Assembly: GCA_035553895.1 (NCBI GenBank) | Contig: DATMJI010000035.1 | Coordinates: 1-61,467 of the forward strand | Direction of reading: 5' to 3' | DNA from: Acidimicrobiales bacterium | Lineage (GTDB): Bacteria; Actinomycetota; Acidimicrobiia; Acidimicrobiales; CADCSY01 | Length of the DNA stretch: 61,467 nt | Shown here: positions 16,309 to 24,067 of the stretch, one piece after another | Position numbering within the stretch: the first letter of the stretch is position 1 | How the letters are laid out: the number at the start of each line of letters is the position of its first letter | Notes under the pieces: model-generated | Databases searched by the model: none | What the model was told of the DNA's origin: nothing | Seen by the model: the letters and a program-made list of their open reading frames with translations, nothing else | Program-made: the position numbers and the translations under genes

Positions 16309-17463
16309 TCAGGACCCGGTGATGGTGACCTCGAGCGAGGGGTCGATCTCGACGCCTCGCACGGTGATGTCGGTGTAGGTGTAGGTGCCGGGGTCCGAGC
16401 GCAGCACCACGGTGTAGACGCCGTTGCCGGCCTCGGCATCGGTGAAGGGGCCCCAGACGCCGGGGAAGTTCTCGATGAGATCGTCCAGGCCGGACGGCTC
16501 GGTCTGGCCGGGAACCACCAGCGAGAACTCGCTGGCCTCGAGGTCGTCGATCCCCCGGTTCTGGGCGTCGCGCACGGTAAAGGAGATGGTGGCGGTGCCG
16601 TTCCCGTTGTCCACCGATGCACTGGTGCTGAAGGGATCCGACGGGACGGACCGCTCGGGGAGGGGGGCGATGCGATCGGCGATCTCGAAGTTGGCCAGGC
16701 TGCGCATGATGAAGGCCGACATCTGGCCCCGGGTGACGTTCCCGTCGGGGGCGAAGGTCGCCGGACCCACGCCCACGGCGATGCCCACCTCGGCCAGGGC
16801 GTTGATGTTGTCCTCGTGCACGTTGGTGTCGTCGTCGTCGAAGTAGTCGGCCTCCGTCGCCCGCTCGACCCCGCTCAGGTACTCGAGCGAGCGGGTGACG
16901 AAGCTTGCCATCTGGTCGCGGCTGACCGGTTGCCCGGGCCCGTAGGACGTGGCCGGCAGGCCACCGGGCCCCCCCAGGGCGATGCCGGCGTCGGCGATGC
17001 GGTTGATGGCGGCCACGTGGGCCCCGTCGTCGGCCACGTCGGTGAAGTCGTTGGTGCCGTCGTACGCCAGGAGGTCGACGAGCTGGTCGTCGGGGTCGTC
17101 GGACCCGAGCTCCAGGTCGTTGGCGGTGTCGAGCAGGCGAGCCAGGAACGAGGCCATCTGGCCCCGGGAGACGAGCTCGCCCGGTGCGAAGCGACCGGGC
17201 TCGACGCCCGTGGTGATGCGGGCGTAGGCCAGGCACCGGATGGTCTCGGCGAAGGTGTCGGCATCGCTCACGTCGTCGAACGGTTGGTAGGCATCGGGCA
17301 CGTTGGCGCAGAAGGCATCGGTGGGCGTGGCGGCCGGCGGGTCGGCGGTCTGGGCCGACGCCGGCGCCAGGGCACTGGCAGCCAAGCCGACCACCGCCCC
17401 CACCGTCGCCCAAGAGGTGGCCCAGGACCACCCACGTCTTGTGGTGCCATCTCGGTCGTTCAT
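16309..17463 (-). CDS. Secreted SLH-domain surface protein (three SLH repeats plus a C-terminal beta-rich domain)
   Basis: Has a signal peptide (WATVGAVVGLAASALAPASA). SLH-like units recur three times, ending in RGQMASFLARL, RDQMASFVTRSL and RGQMSAFIMRSL. Confidence 0.8.
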   Translation of the reverse strand: MNDRDGTTRRGWSWATSWATVGAVVGLAASALAPASAQTADPPAATPTDAFCANVPDAYQPFDDVSDADTFAETIRCLAYARITTGVEPGRFAPGELVSRGQMASFLARLLDTANDLELGSDDPDDQLVDLLAYDGTNDFTDVADDGAHVAAINRIADAGIALGGPGGLPATSYGPGQPVSRDQMASFVTRSLEYLSGVERATEADYFDDDDTNVHEDNINALAEVGIAVGVGPATFAPDGNVTRGQMSAFIMRSLANFEIADRIAPLPERSVPSDPFSTSASVDNGNGTATISFTVRDAQNRGIDDLEASEFSLVVPGQTEPSGLDDLIENFPGVWGPFTDAEAGNGVYTVVLRSDPGTYTYTDITVRGVEIDPSLEVTITGS

Positions 17464-17601
17464 GAGCGAGCCCTACCCGGTCCCCCTCCGGGCGGGAAAC
17501 GTGGAGCCCGCCGCCGTCGCATCAGCGCAGTGGAGCTGCAAGGGTGGGGCCGTGGTGGGGAGGACCGACAGGCGGTGGCTCCGGGACCGCACCGCCGATC
17601 G

Positions 17602-18123
17602 GTGACGGCTCGGGGAGGGGCCCGGGTGCTGGTCGGCGGCGTCGGCCAGCTCTACCAGGGGGATCTCGACGCCGGCCGGGTCCTGGTGGAGCGCCTGGCG
17701 GCGATCGACCTCGGTCCCGGGGTGGCGGTGGAGGATCTCCACTACGGGGCCGTGGCCGTCGCCCAGCGCCTCGACGAGTTGGGCGTGGATGCGCTCGTCC
17801 TGGTGGGCGCCGAGACGCGGGGCAGGGCGCCGGGATCGGTCGAGCGCCGGCGGGTCGCCGCCGCCGGCCTGGGCCCGCAGGCGGCGCAGGCGGCGCAGGC
17901 GGCGGTGAGCGATGCCGTGACCGGCTACGTCGGCATCGACCTGGTCATCGAGGTCGCCCACGCCTTGGGCGCCCTCCCGAGCCGCACGGTGGTCATCGAC
18001 GTCGAGCCAGCGACGACGGAGCCTCGCGACGCGCTCTCGGGAGCGGTTGCCGCCGCCCTGGACGACATGGTGGAGCTCGTCCGCCACGAGGTCCGGGCGC
18101 TGAAAGGCGCTACCCCTCCATGA
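17602..18123 (+). CDS. Hydrogenase maturation endopeptidase (HybD/HupD, peptidase A31)-like protein, probably degenerate
   Basis: ARVLVGGVGQLYQGDLDAGRVLVERL...GVDALVLVGAETRGRAPGSV...TVVIDVEPATTEPRDALSGAV parallels the HupD/HybD layout. The usual VDA Asp and DAHG His positions read VGA and DAVTG. The start is uncertain. Confidence 0.5.
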   Translation: MTARGGARVLVGGVGQLYQGDLDAGRVLVERLAAIDLGPGVAVEDLHYGAVAVAQRLDELGVDALVLVGAETRGRAPGSVERRRVAAAGLGPQAAQAAQAAVSDAVTGYVGIDLVIEVAHALGALPSRTVVIDVEPATTEPRDALSGAVAAALDDMVELVRHEVRALKGATPP

Positions 18124-18150
18124 CGCCGGAGCCTCGAGGTCGCCGACCGG

Positions 18151-18828
18151 GTGCGCGGGCGCGACGAGCGCCTCCTAACCTGGGGCATCGTGCATCGCAA
18201 GCTCTTGGGCATTCTGGCGTTGGCCGTCGCCGTCCTGATTCTCGGCAACCTGGCCATCCTCGCCGCCTTCGCCGTGGGGCGGGCCGTCGAGCCCGGGGCC
18301 GAGCTCGCCATCGAGGGGATCGACAACGTGCGCCGGGTCGACGACCGGCTGTTCCGGGGGGAGGCACCCACGGCCGGCGGCTACCGGGCGCTGGCGGAGC
18401 GCCAGGTGGCCACCGTCGTCGACCTGCGGGCCGAGCGGGATCTCGACGTCCCCCGAGCACTGCTCGGAGAGCTCGGCATCGACCGGGTGAGCATCCCCAT
18501 CCGCGACGGGCAGACGCCGACGCGAGCGCAGGTGGAACAGTTCCTCTCCGTCATGGGCCGGGCCGAGGGCCCGGTCTTCGTGCACTGCGGCGCCGGCGTG
18601 GGCCGGGCCGGTTCCATGGCGGCCGCCTACCTGGTTGCCCAGGGCGAGGCCAGCGCCCGGGGGGCCCTGGCCCGCAACCTGGCCGTGGGCCCACCGTCGC
18701 TCGAGCAGATCGTCTACGTCTCCTCCCTCGACTCCGACCGCTTGCCGGAGCAGCCGCCGAAGTGGATCGAAACGGTCAGCCGGGTCTTCGACGGGCCCCG
18801 CCGCATCTGGTCGGCGTTGCGGGCCTGA
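18151..18828 (+). CDS. Membrane-anchored Cys-based protein tyrosine/dual-specificity phosphatase
   Basis: Has an N-terminal TM helix (LLGILALAVAVLILGNLAILAAFAV) and the CX5R P-loop VHCGAGVGRAGS. Confidence 0.75.
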   Translation: MRGRDERLLTWGIVHRKLLGILALAVAVLILGNLAILAAFAVGRAVEPGAELAIEGIDNVRRVDDRLFRGEAPTAGGYRALAERQVATVVDLRAERDLDVPRALLGELGIDRVSIPIRDGQTPTRAQVEQFLSVMGRAEGPVFVHCGAGVGRAGSMAAAYLVAQGEASARGALARNLAVGPPSLEQIVYVSSLDSDRLPEQPPKWIETVSRVFDGPRRIWSALRA

Positions 18829-18832
18829 GCGC

Positions 18833-19222
18833 TCAGGCCGCCGGCAGGGGGCGCAGGGAGACGACCTCGAGCTGCACGTGGTCGAGCCGGGCATCCTCCA
18901 GGCACCCGTGGAGGCGCCGCTCGTCGAACTCGTCGAGGGCCGGCTCCAGGACGAGGCGGTAGCGCTGAACACCGGGGCCGGGCCGCTCCATGGGACCGGC
19001 CGGCTCGGCATCCACTTCGAGGCGGCAGGCGAGCAGGAGGGCGGCAGCGAACTCGTCGGGGGCGCTGCGGGGGGTGGCGCCCCGCACCCGGGCCCGGACG
19101 ACCACCTCGGTCGCCGTCCCCGGTCGTCCGGGCTCGTGCCTGGTCATGGTCCGCTCCCGCAGGGCCAGGACGCCGGCCACCACGGCCAGCGCGACCAGCC
19201 CGGCGAGTAGGCGCGAGTTCAC
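18833..19222 (-). CDS. Hypothetical single-pass membrane protein
   Basis: The GTG at 19222 forms a GTGA overlap with the upstream stop. The N-terminal TM is LLAGLVALAVVAGVLAL. I recognise no family. Confidence 0.45.
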   Translation of the reverse strand: MNSRLLAGLVALAVVAGVLALRERTMTRHEPGRPGTATEVVVRARVRGATPRSAPDEFAAALLLACRLEVDAEPAGPMERPGPGVQRYRLVLEPALDEFDERRLHGCLEDARLDHVQLEVVSLRPLPAA

Positions 19223-19743
19223 CGGCGCTGGCGGGTGCCGAGGAGGAGGCGCAGCTCGGGGTCGTCCTCGAAGGGCTCCTGGTCGGCCAGCAGCTCGGAT
19301 TGGCCGGCGAGGAAGCCGTGGCGGGGAAAGCTGATGGGCGACAGCCGGGCCGCCAGATCCCGTTCGAGGTGCCGGCCGCCGGTGCGCCGGGCCAGGCGGT
19401 CGAGGCCCCAGGCCAGGCCGGAGATGAGGATGCCCCCGCCCACGAACATGGTGATGAAGACGTTGGTCCGGCCCGAGCGGGGGTCGAGCCAGGCGAAGTG
19501 CGAACGCTGCGGCGCCGACGCCCGCACCCGTTCCAGCACCAGCGGCTCGGGCGAGGTCTGGCGCCGGGGAGACCGGCCCAGTTGCCGGAGCACCAGGGCG
19601 GTGGCGAAGGGGATCTCGGCGGCGATGAGGAAGATCCCCATGATGAGGGCCCGGTGCCACTCCCAGCGGTAGAGGTAGACGAACACGTAGCCGCCGCAGC
19701 CGGCGACCACGGCGCCGGCGATGACCCAGGCCAGCTTCCTCAT
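19219..19743 (-). CDS. Hypothetical integral membrane protein (about three TM helices)
   Basis: MRKLAWVIAGAVVAGCGGYVFVYLY..., IMGIFLIAAEIPFATALVL and VFITMFVGGGILISGLAWGL. It forms an ATGA overlap with the upstream PEP-utilising enzyme gene. Confidence 0.6.
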   Translation of the reverse strand: MRKLAWVIAGAVVAGCGGYVFVYLYRWEWHRALIMGIFLIAAEIPFATALVLRQLGRSPRRQTSPEPLVLERVRASAPQRSHFAWLDPRSGRTNVFITMFVGGGILISGLAWGLDRLARRTGGRHLERDLAARLSPISFPRHGFLAGQSELLADQEPFEDDPELRLLLGTRQRR

Positions 19744-21815
19744 GTCTCACCGATCCTCTCGACCTGGCCGCCGTCGCCGTCGACGCGCACCATGGTGCCC
19801 GGTGGGAAGCTCCGAACGGCACCGGCCAGCCCCACCACCGTGGGCACGCCCGACTCCCGGGCCAGGATGGCGATGTGGGCCAGCACGTTGCCGGTCTCGC
19901 ACACCAGTCCGGCCAGCCGGGGCAGCATCGTGGCGAGGGCCGGATCGAGGGTCGCCACCACCAGCACGACGCCGTCCTCCACATCATCGCCGTGGTGGGC
20001 CACCGGCCCCTGGCCGGTCCCGCCGCCGGCTCCCGTGCCTCCCGAGCCGGCCCGCTCGAGCACGGGGATGGGCCGCCCCTCCGGCGACAGCTGGAATTGC
20101 GCGGGCAGCGGCGCCCCGCCGGCGCCCCCGGACCGCTCGGCCAGGTCGGTCGGCGCCGAGCCGCCTCCGAGGACCAGCGACACCAGCTCCTCCTTGGTCA
20201 ACCACCGCACCAGGTCGGGTTCGGCGAGGATCCGGCGCTCGGCCAGGCGCTCGGCCAGCAGCCAGGCGGCCCGGCCGGTGAGCTCCTGGATCCAGCGGAC
20301 CCGGAGGCGGAGGGCCTCCCGGAGCACGGCATCGTGGTTGCGCTCGCTGCCCGCTTCCCAGGTGGGGGCAGAGACGGGTCGGGGCAGGGACGGCCCGGGC
20401 CCGATCCGGGGTCCGGTGAGGGCCAGGACCACCGGGTGGCGGGCGACAATCTCCTCCTCCGGCGTCCCCCGCTGGCGGGCGTGGGCCAGCACCCGCAGCG
20501 CCACGGAGGTCCCCGTCAGGTGGGGCCTGGCGTGGTCGAGGAGCTGGCCCATGAGGATCTCGTGGGCGTGGCAGGCCACCAGGGCGGGACTACCCCGGTC
20601 GATCACCGCCAGGAGCTGCAGATCGGTCAGGGTGTCGAGGGCGGGAACGCCGGCCAGGGCGGCGTCGGCCTGGTCCACCACGTCTTCGGCCAGCGCCGGC
20701 AACGCCGACCGCAGGCGCCCGATCCGCCAGGCGCTACGCAAACGCCGCCACCGGGGGCGGGGGTCGAGGCGGGAGGGCGGCGAGCGGTGCGGCACCGCTC
20801 CCACCAGCTCCAGGTCGACCGCCACCCGCCCGCCGACGGCGGCCACCACCGGTGAATCGGCCAGGTCGGCGTCCTCAGCCGCTCCCGCTAGGCGGAGGGC
20901 CTCGACGAAGGCGTCGTGCAGGGGCGCCAACCACAGATCCTGCTCCAGGGCCGAGAGCGGCTCGGGAAACGTCTCCGACACCGGTCCCGGCCCCATGACC
21001 GGGCCCTGGGGGACCCCCCGCACCTCGGTGGAGACGGGACGGCTCTGCAGCAGGCGCAATCGGCCCTGGCGGTCGGCGGCCCACTCGATGTCCTGGTGAC
21101 CGCCGAAGACCCGGCCCGCCTCCTCCACCAGCCCGGCGAGGCCGGCCAGCGTGCGCCGGTCCAGCCGGGCACCCCCCTCCCCGGGAATCGATTCGACCAC
21201 CCGGCCGTCGCGTTCGAGCACGTAGCGGGTGGCCTCTACCTGGCCGCTGACCACGGCGCCGGGGCCGTCTCGGGCAGCCACCACCACGATGCGGTCGCTG
21301 CGCCCGCTCACCGGCTCGACGCCGAAGGCGACACCACCGGCGGCTCCGTCGAGTTGGGGCTGGACGAGCACGGCCAGGGGCTCGTCTCCCGCCAGCCCCT
21401 CCACCCCCTCGGCCGCCGTGACCCGGGACGCCAGGACGGTCTGCACCGCCTCCACGAAGGGTTGCCAGCCGACCACGCCCACGACCGACTGGTAGCGGCC
21501 GGCCATGGACCCGCCGGCGAGGTCCTCGGCCGTCGAGGAGGAGCGTACGACCAGCGGCTGTTCCCCCCCGCCCGAGAGCCGGCGCCAGGCTGCCTCCACC
21601 TCCGGGCCCGAGCCGGCGTCCCTGTCGGTGGCGGTGAGCACGGTGGTGAGCACGAACCCGGGCAGGGCCGGCATCCCGTTCCCCAAGGCCCGGGCCAGAG
21701 CGGCCGCCTTGGTGCCGGTGAGCTCGGCGTCGGTACTGCGCTCGTCGTCGAGGCTCACCACGCCGGGTCCGACCGGGCCGGAGCGTCCGGCGCCGCCGGT
21801 CCCCCGGGTTTCCAT
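19740..21815 (-). CDS. PEP-utilising enzyme family phosphotransferase (PPDK_N ATP-grasp plus C-terminal swivel His domain; PEP synthase / rifampicin phosphotransferase-like)
   Basis: N-terminus: LTGTKAAALARALGNGMPALPGFVLT...VVRSSSTAEDLAGGSMAGRYQS...AVLVQPQLDGAAGGVAFG. C-terminus: VVLVVATLDPALATMLPRLAGLVCETGNVLAHIAILARESGVPTVVGL. The ATG is at 21815. Confidence 0.8.
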   Translation of the reverse strand: METRGTGGAGRSGPVGPGVVSLDDERSTDAELTGTKAAALARALGNGMPALPGFVLTTVLTATDRDAGSGPEVEAAWRRLSGGGEQPLVVRSSSTAEDLAGGSMAGRYQSVVGVVGWQPFVEAVQTVLASRVTAAEGVEGLAGDEPLAVLVQPQLDGAAGGVAFGVEPVSGRSDRIVVVAARDGPGAVVSGQVEATRYVLERDGRVVESIPGEGGARLDRRTLAGLAGLVEEAGRVFGGHQDIEWAADRQGRLRLLQSRPVSTEVRGVPQGPVMGPGPVSETFPEPLSALEQDLWLAPLHDAFVEALRLAGAAEDADLADSPVVAAVGGRVAVDLELVGAVPHRSPPSRLDPRPRWRRLRSAWRIGRLRSALPALAEDVVDQADAALAGVPALDTLTDLQLLAVIDRGSPALVACHAHEILMGQLLDHARPHLTGTSVALRVLAHARQRGTPEEEIVARHPVVLALTGPRIGPGPSLPRPVSAPTWEAGSERNHDAVLREALRLRVRWIQELTGRAAWLLAERLAERRILAEPDLVRWLTKEELVSLVLGGGSAPTDLAERSGGAGGAPLPAQFQLSPEGRPIPVLERAGSGGTGAGGGTGQGPVAHHGDDVEDGVVLVVATLDPALATMLPRLAGLVCETGNVLAHIAILARESGVPTVVGLAGAVRSFPPGTMVRVDGDGGQVERIGET

Positions 21816-21851
21816 GGCGCCAGCCTGCCCGCTCGGCGAGCGCTCCCGTCG

Positions 21852-21898
21852 TTCTGGCGTCAGAAATCGACACCGGCGGTGCATTCCTGACGCCAGAA
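21852..21898. repeat. Perfect 12-bp inverted repeat with a 23-nt spacer upstream of the PEP-utilising enzyme gene
   Basis: ttctggcgtcag (21852..21863) pairs with ctgacgccagaa (21887..21898). The patch has lower local GC. Confidence 0.7.
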
Positions 21899-21916
21899 TC
21901 GATGGCTGCGCCTCAT

Positions 21917-22193
21917 TCAGGTCGGACCCACCTCCAGCAGGCCCAGGTGCTGGGGACGGATCGCCACCGGGGCGCCGCTCGCCGTCTCCACGACCAGCGC
22001 ACCGTCACGTCCCAGGTGATCGGCCCCTCGGGGCGGCCTGGTAGTCGGCGACCACTACAGCGCCAACAGGGGCGCCGGCGCGGGCCCAGGCCAGGGCATC
22101 GGCCTCGGTGGACAGCGGGGCCGGGTAGCTGCGCAGCGGCCGATCGGGGAGGGCGGCGGCCAGCACGCCGGCCGAAAGGTCGTCTACCCCCAC
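21917..22193 (-). pseudogene. birA: Biotin-protein ligase (BirA) remnant: an N-terminal fragment joined out of frame to a C-terminal fragment
   Basis: ...LSTEADALAWARAGAPVGAVVVADYQAAPRGR resembles the STNxD...G..VvvAe.QTAGRGR segment, then hits a TGA at 22005..22007. An adjacent frame continues as ADHLGRDGALVVETASGAPVAIRPQHLGLLEVGPT*, which looks like a BirA C-terminus and ends at 21917. About 150 central residues are missing. Confidence 0.5.
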
Positions 22194-23428
22194 CGGCCGC
22201 CGAGCCCCAGATCCTCGGCGGCCCGGGAGAAGAAGCTCTGTAGCCGCATCCACTGGGGGACGTTGAAGCGGCCCATGGCTTGTGAGGTCTGGCTGCGGAA
22301 GGACTGGCGGTCGTCCTCCTCCCGGGCGGCCAGCGCCTCCAGGGTGGTGCGGATGAGCTGCTCCATGGCCGGTGGGGGCAGCTCGAGCAGCGCCCCCAGC
22401 CAGGACTCGGCCCGCTCCGGGCCCTGGCCCGGGCGGTCGAGCTGGCCCTGGATCCAGCCGGCGGCGGATCGCCGGCGCTCCCCGTCATCGGCATCGACGA
22501 GGCGGGCCAGCTCCTCGCCGGTCACGGCCAGCCAGCGCTCCGGCGGCTCGTCGTCGAGCACGGCGGCCAGGTCGCCCTCGTTGCGTCCCAGCCGGGCGAG
22601 GACGGCCTCGGCCTGGGCCCGCACCGGTGCGTCGGCTCCCGGTGTCCCCGCCGCCTGGGCCGCCGCCAGGCGGGCCCGGGGGTGGTCCCCGTGAGCTTCG
22701 TAGGCCAGCGCCAGGTTGGCCTTGGCCATGGCGTAGCCCCCGGGGCGTACACCCCGGGGGTGGGCGCCGGTGGCCGAGCGCAGTGCCTCGATGGCCTCGG
22801 CGGTGCGCCCTCCGGCCAGCAGGGCCAGGCCCAAGGTGTTGGCGCCCGCCGCCTGGCCGACGCGGTCACCGGCTCCGGCGCTGGCGTCCACGGCCGAGCG
22901 CATCACCTCGACGGCCCGCTCGGGCTCCCCGATGGCCAGCAGGGCGGCGCCCAGCTCCCGGCCGGCGGCCGCCGCCTGGACGGTGGCGCCCATGCCGTTG
23001 AATCGCTCCCGAGCGGCCTCGAACGAGTCGCGGGCCGCCCCGTGGTCGCCGGTCTGGGCCTGGACCAGGCCCAGGTTGTAGGCCGATGCCGCCGCCTCCA
23101 GGGCCTGGCCCTCGGCCTCGAATCCGGCGAGCGCAGCCTCGAAGGCGGCCGCCGCCCCGTCGAGCCGGCCGTCCATGCGCAGGGCCGCTCCCAGCAAATT
23201 GCGGGCCCGGGCCTGCTGGTGGGGGAGCCCGGCGAAGAGGTCGGCGGCCTCCTCCAGGACCTCCGCCGCCTCGCCGGCCCGGCCCCCTTGGAGCAGGGCC
23301 CCACCCTCCTGGAACCGGGCGGTGGCGTGCTCATGGGGCTGGCCGCCGGGGGGAGCGTGGCGCCGGCCGGCCCCCGCCTTCGCGTCCCGCCCGGTGCCGC
23401 TGCCCGGGGGCCGGCGGGGGTCGTTCAC
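22184..23428 (-). CDS. TPR-repeat protein
   Basis: Contains repeated about 40-aa Ala/Leu-rich units (A..LG.AL...G....A...F..AL). The GTG start forms a GTGA overlap with the NifU stop. Confidence 0.7.
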   Translation of the reverse strand: MNDPRRPPGSGTGRDAKAGAGRRHAPPGGQPHEHATARFQEGGALLQGGRAGEAAEVLEEAADLFAGLPHQQARARNLLGAALRMDGRLDGAAAAFEAALAGFEAEGQALEAAASAYNLGLVQAQTGDHGAARDSFEAARERFNGMGATVQAAAAGRELGAALLAIGEPERAVEVMRSAVDASAGAGDRVGQAAGANTLGLALLAGGRTAEAIEALRSATGAHPRGVRPGGYAMAKANLALAYEAHGDHPRARLAAAQAAGTPGADAPVRAQAEAVLARLGRNEGDLAAVLDDEPPERWLAVTGEELARLVDADDGERRRSAAGWIQGQLDRPGQGPERAESWLGALLELPPPAMEQLIRTTLEALAAREEDDRQSFRSQTSQAMGRFNVPQWMRLQSFFSRAAEDLGLGGRWG

Positions 23429-23967
23429 CGGCGCCGGATCTCCACCAGCGTGGGGCCGGGCGGGGGATGGGCCCGGCCCTGGTCTTCGGCCACCTCCAGG
23501 GTGGCGAAGCCGGGGAAGTGCTCCCGCAGCGCCTCCTCGATGCCCTCCTGGAGGGTCACGGCCGAAGCGGTGCAGCCGGAGCAGGCCCCGGTGAGGCGGA
23601 CGCGCACGGTCCCCGCCCCGGCTTCGAGGAGCTCGACCTCGCCACCGTGGGAGTGGAGGTAGGGGCGGATGTGGTCCAGGGCGGCGTCGGCCGCCGCCCG
23701 CTCGTCGACGCCGACCCCGTAGGCGTCGAGCAGCCAGGCCAGGGCGGGGTCGGCCCGCAGGCCGGCCACGGTCTCGGGAGCGAGGGCGGCCTCGAGGCGG
23801 CCGAGGGCCAGGCGGTGCAGGGCGTCGATGCCGTCGAGCAGCTCGTAGACCAGGGCCCGGTCGTCGAGATCGTCGACGGCGGCGAGTACCCCCTCGAGGC
23901 GTTCCAGCAGGGCATCGAGGGTGCGGGCGTCGCCGGCGCCGGCCGGTGCGGTCTGGTTCTCGGCCAC
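23425..23967 (-). CDS. NifU/Nfu-family Fe-S assembly domain protein
   Basis: The C-terminal IRPYLHSHGGEVELLEAGAGTVRVRLTGACSGCTASAVTLQEGIEEAL is the Nfu CxxC domain. The GTG at 23967 is the proposed start. Confidence 0.75.
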   Translation of the reverse strand: MAENQTAPAGAGDARTLDALLERLEGVLAAVDDLDDRALVYELLDGIDALHRLALGRLEAALAPETVAGLRADPALAWLLDAYGVGVDERAAADAALDHIRPYLHSHGGEVELLEAGAGTVRVRLTGACSGCTASAVTLQEGIEEALREHFPGFATLEVAEDQGRAHPPPGPTLVEIRRR

Positions 23968-24067
23968 CTCGACGCCGTACCCCGAGGCCCGGCTTCCATA
24001 CGTCCGCCGCCGCCCCGGCGCCAGGGCCGTCCCCGCGACAGCGGATCGAGCGCGATCATCGGGCCGG

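Noticed and set aside
14926-18123. A 1065-aa plus-strand ORF.
   Set aside because: The first 2.6 kb is antisense to pncB and the SLH gene, both with strong motifs, and is low-complexity Gly/Arg/Pro-rich. Only the last about 520 nt (17602..18123), which lies in otherwise unoccupied DNA and shows HupD/HybD-like sequence, was kept.
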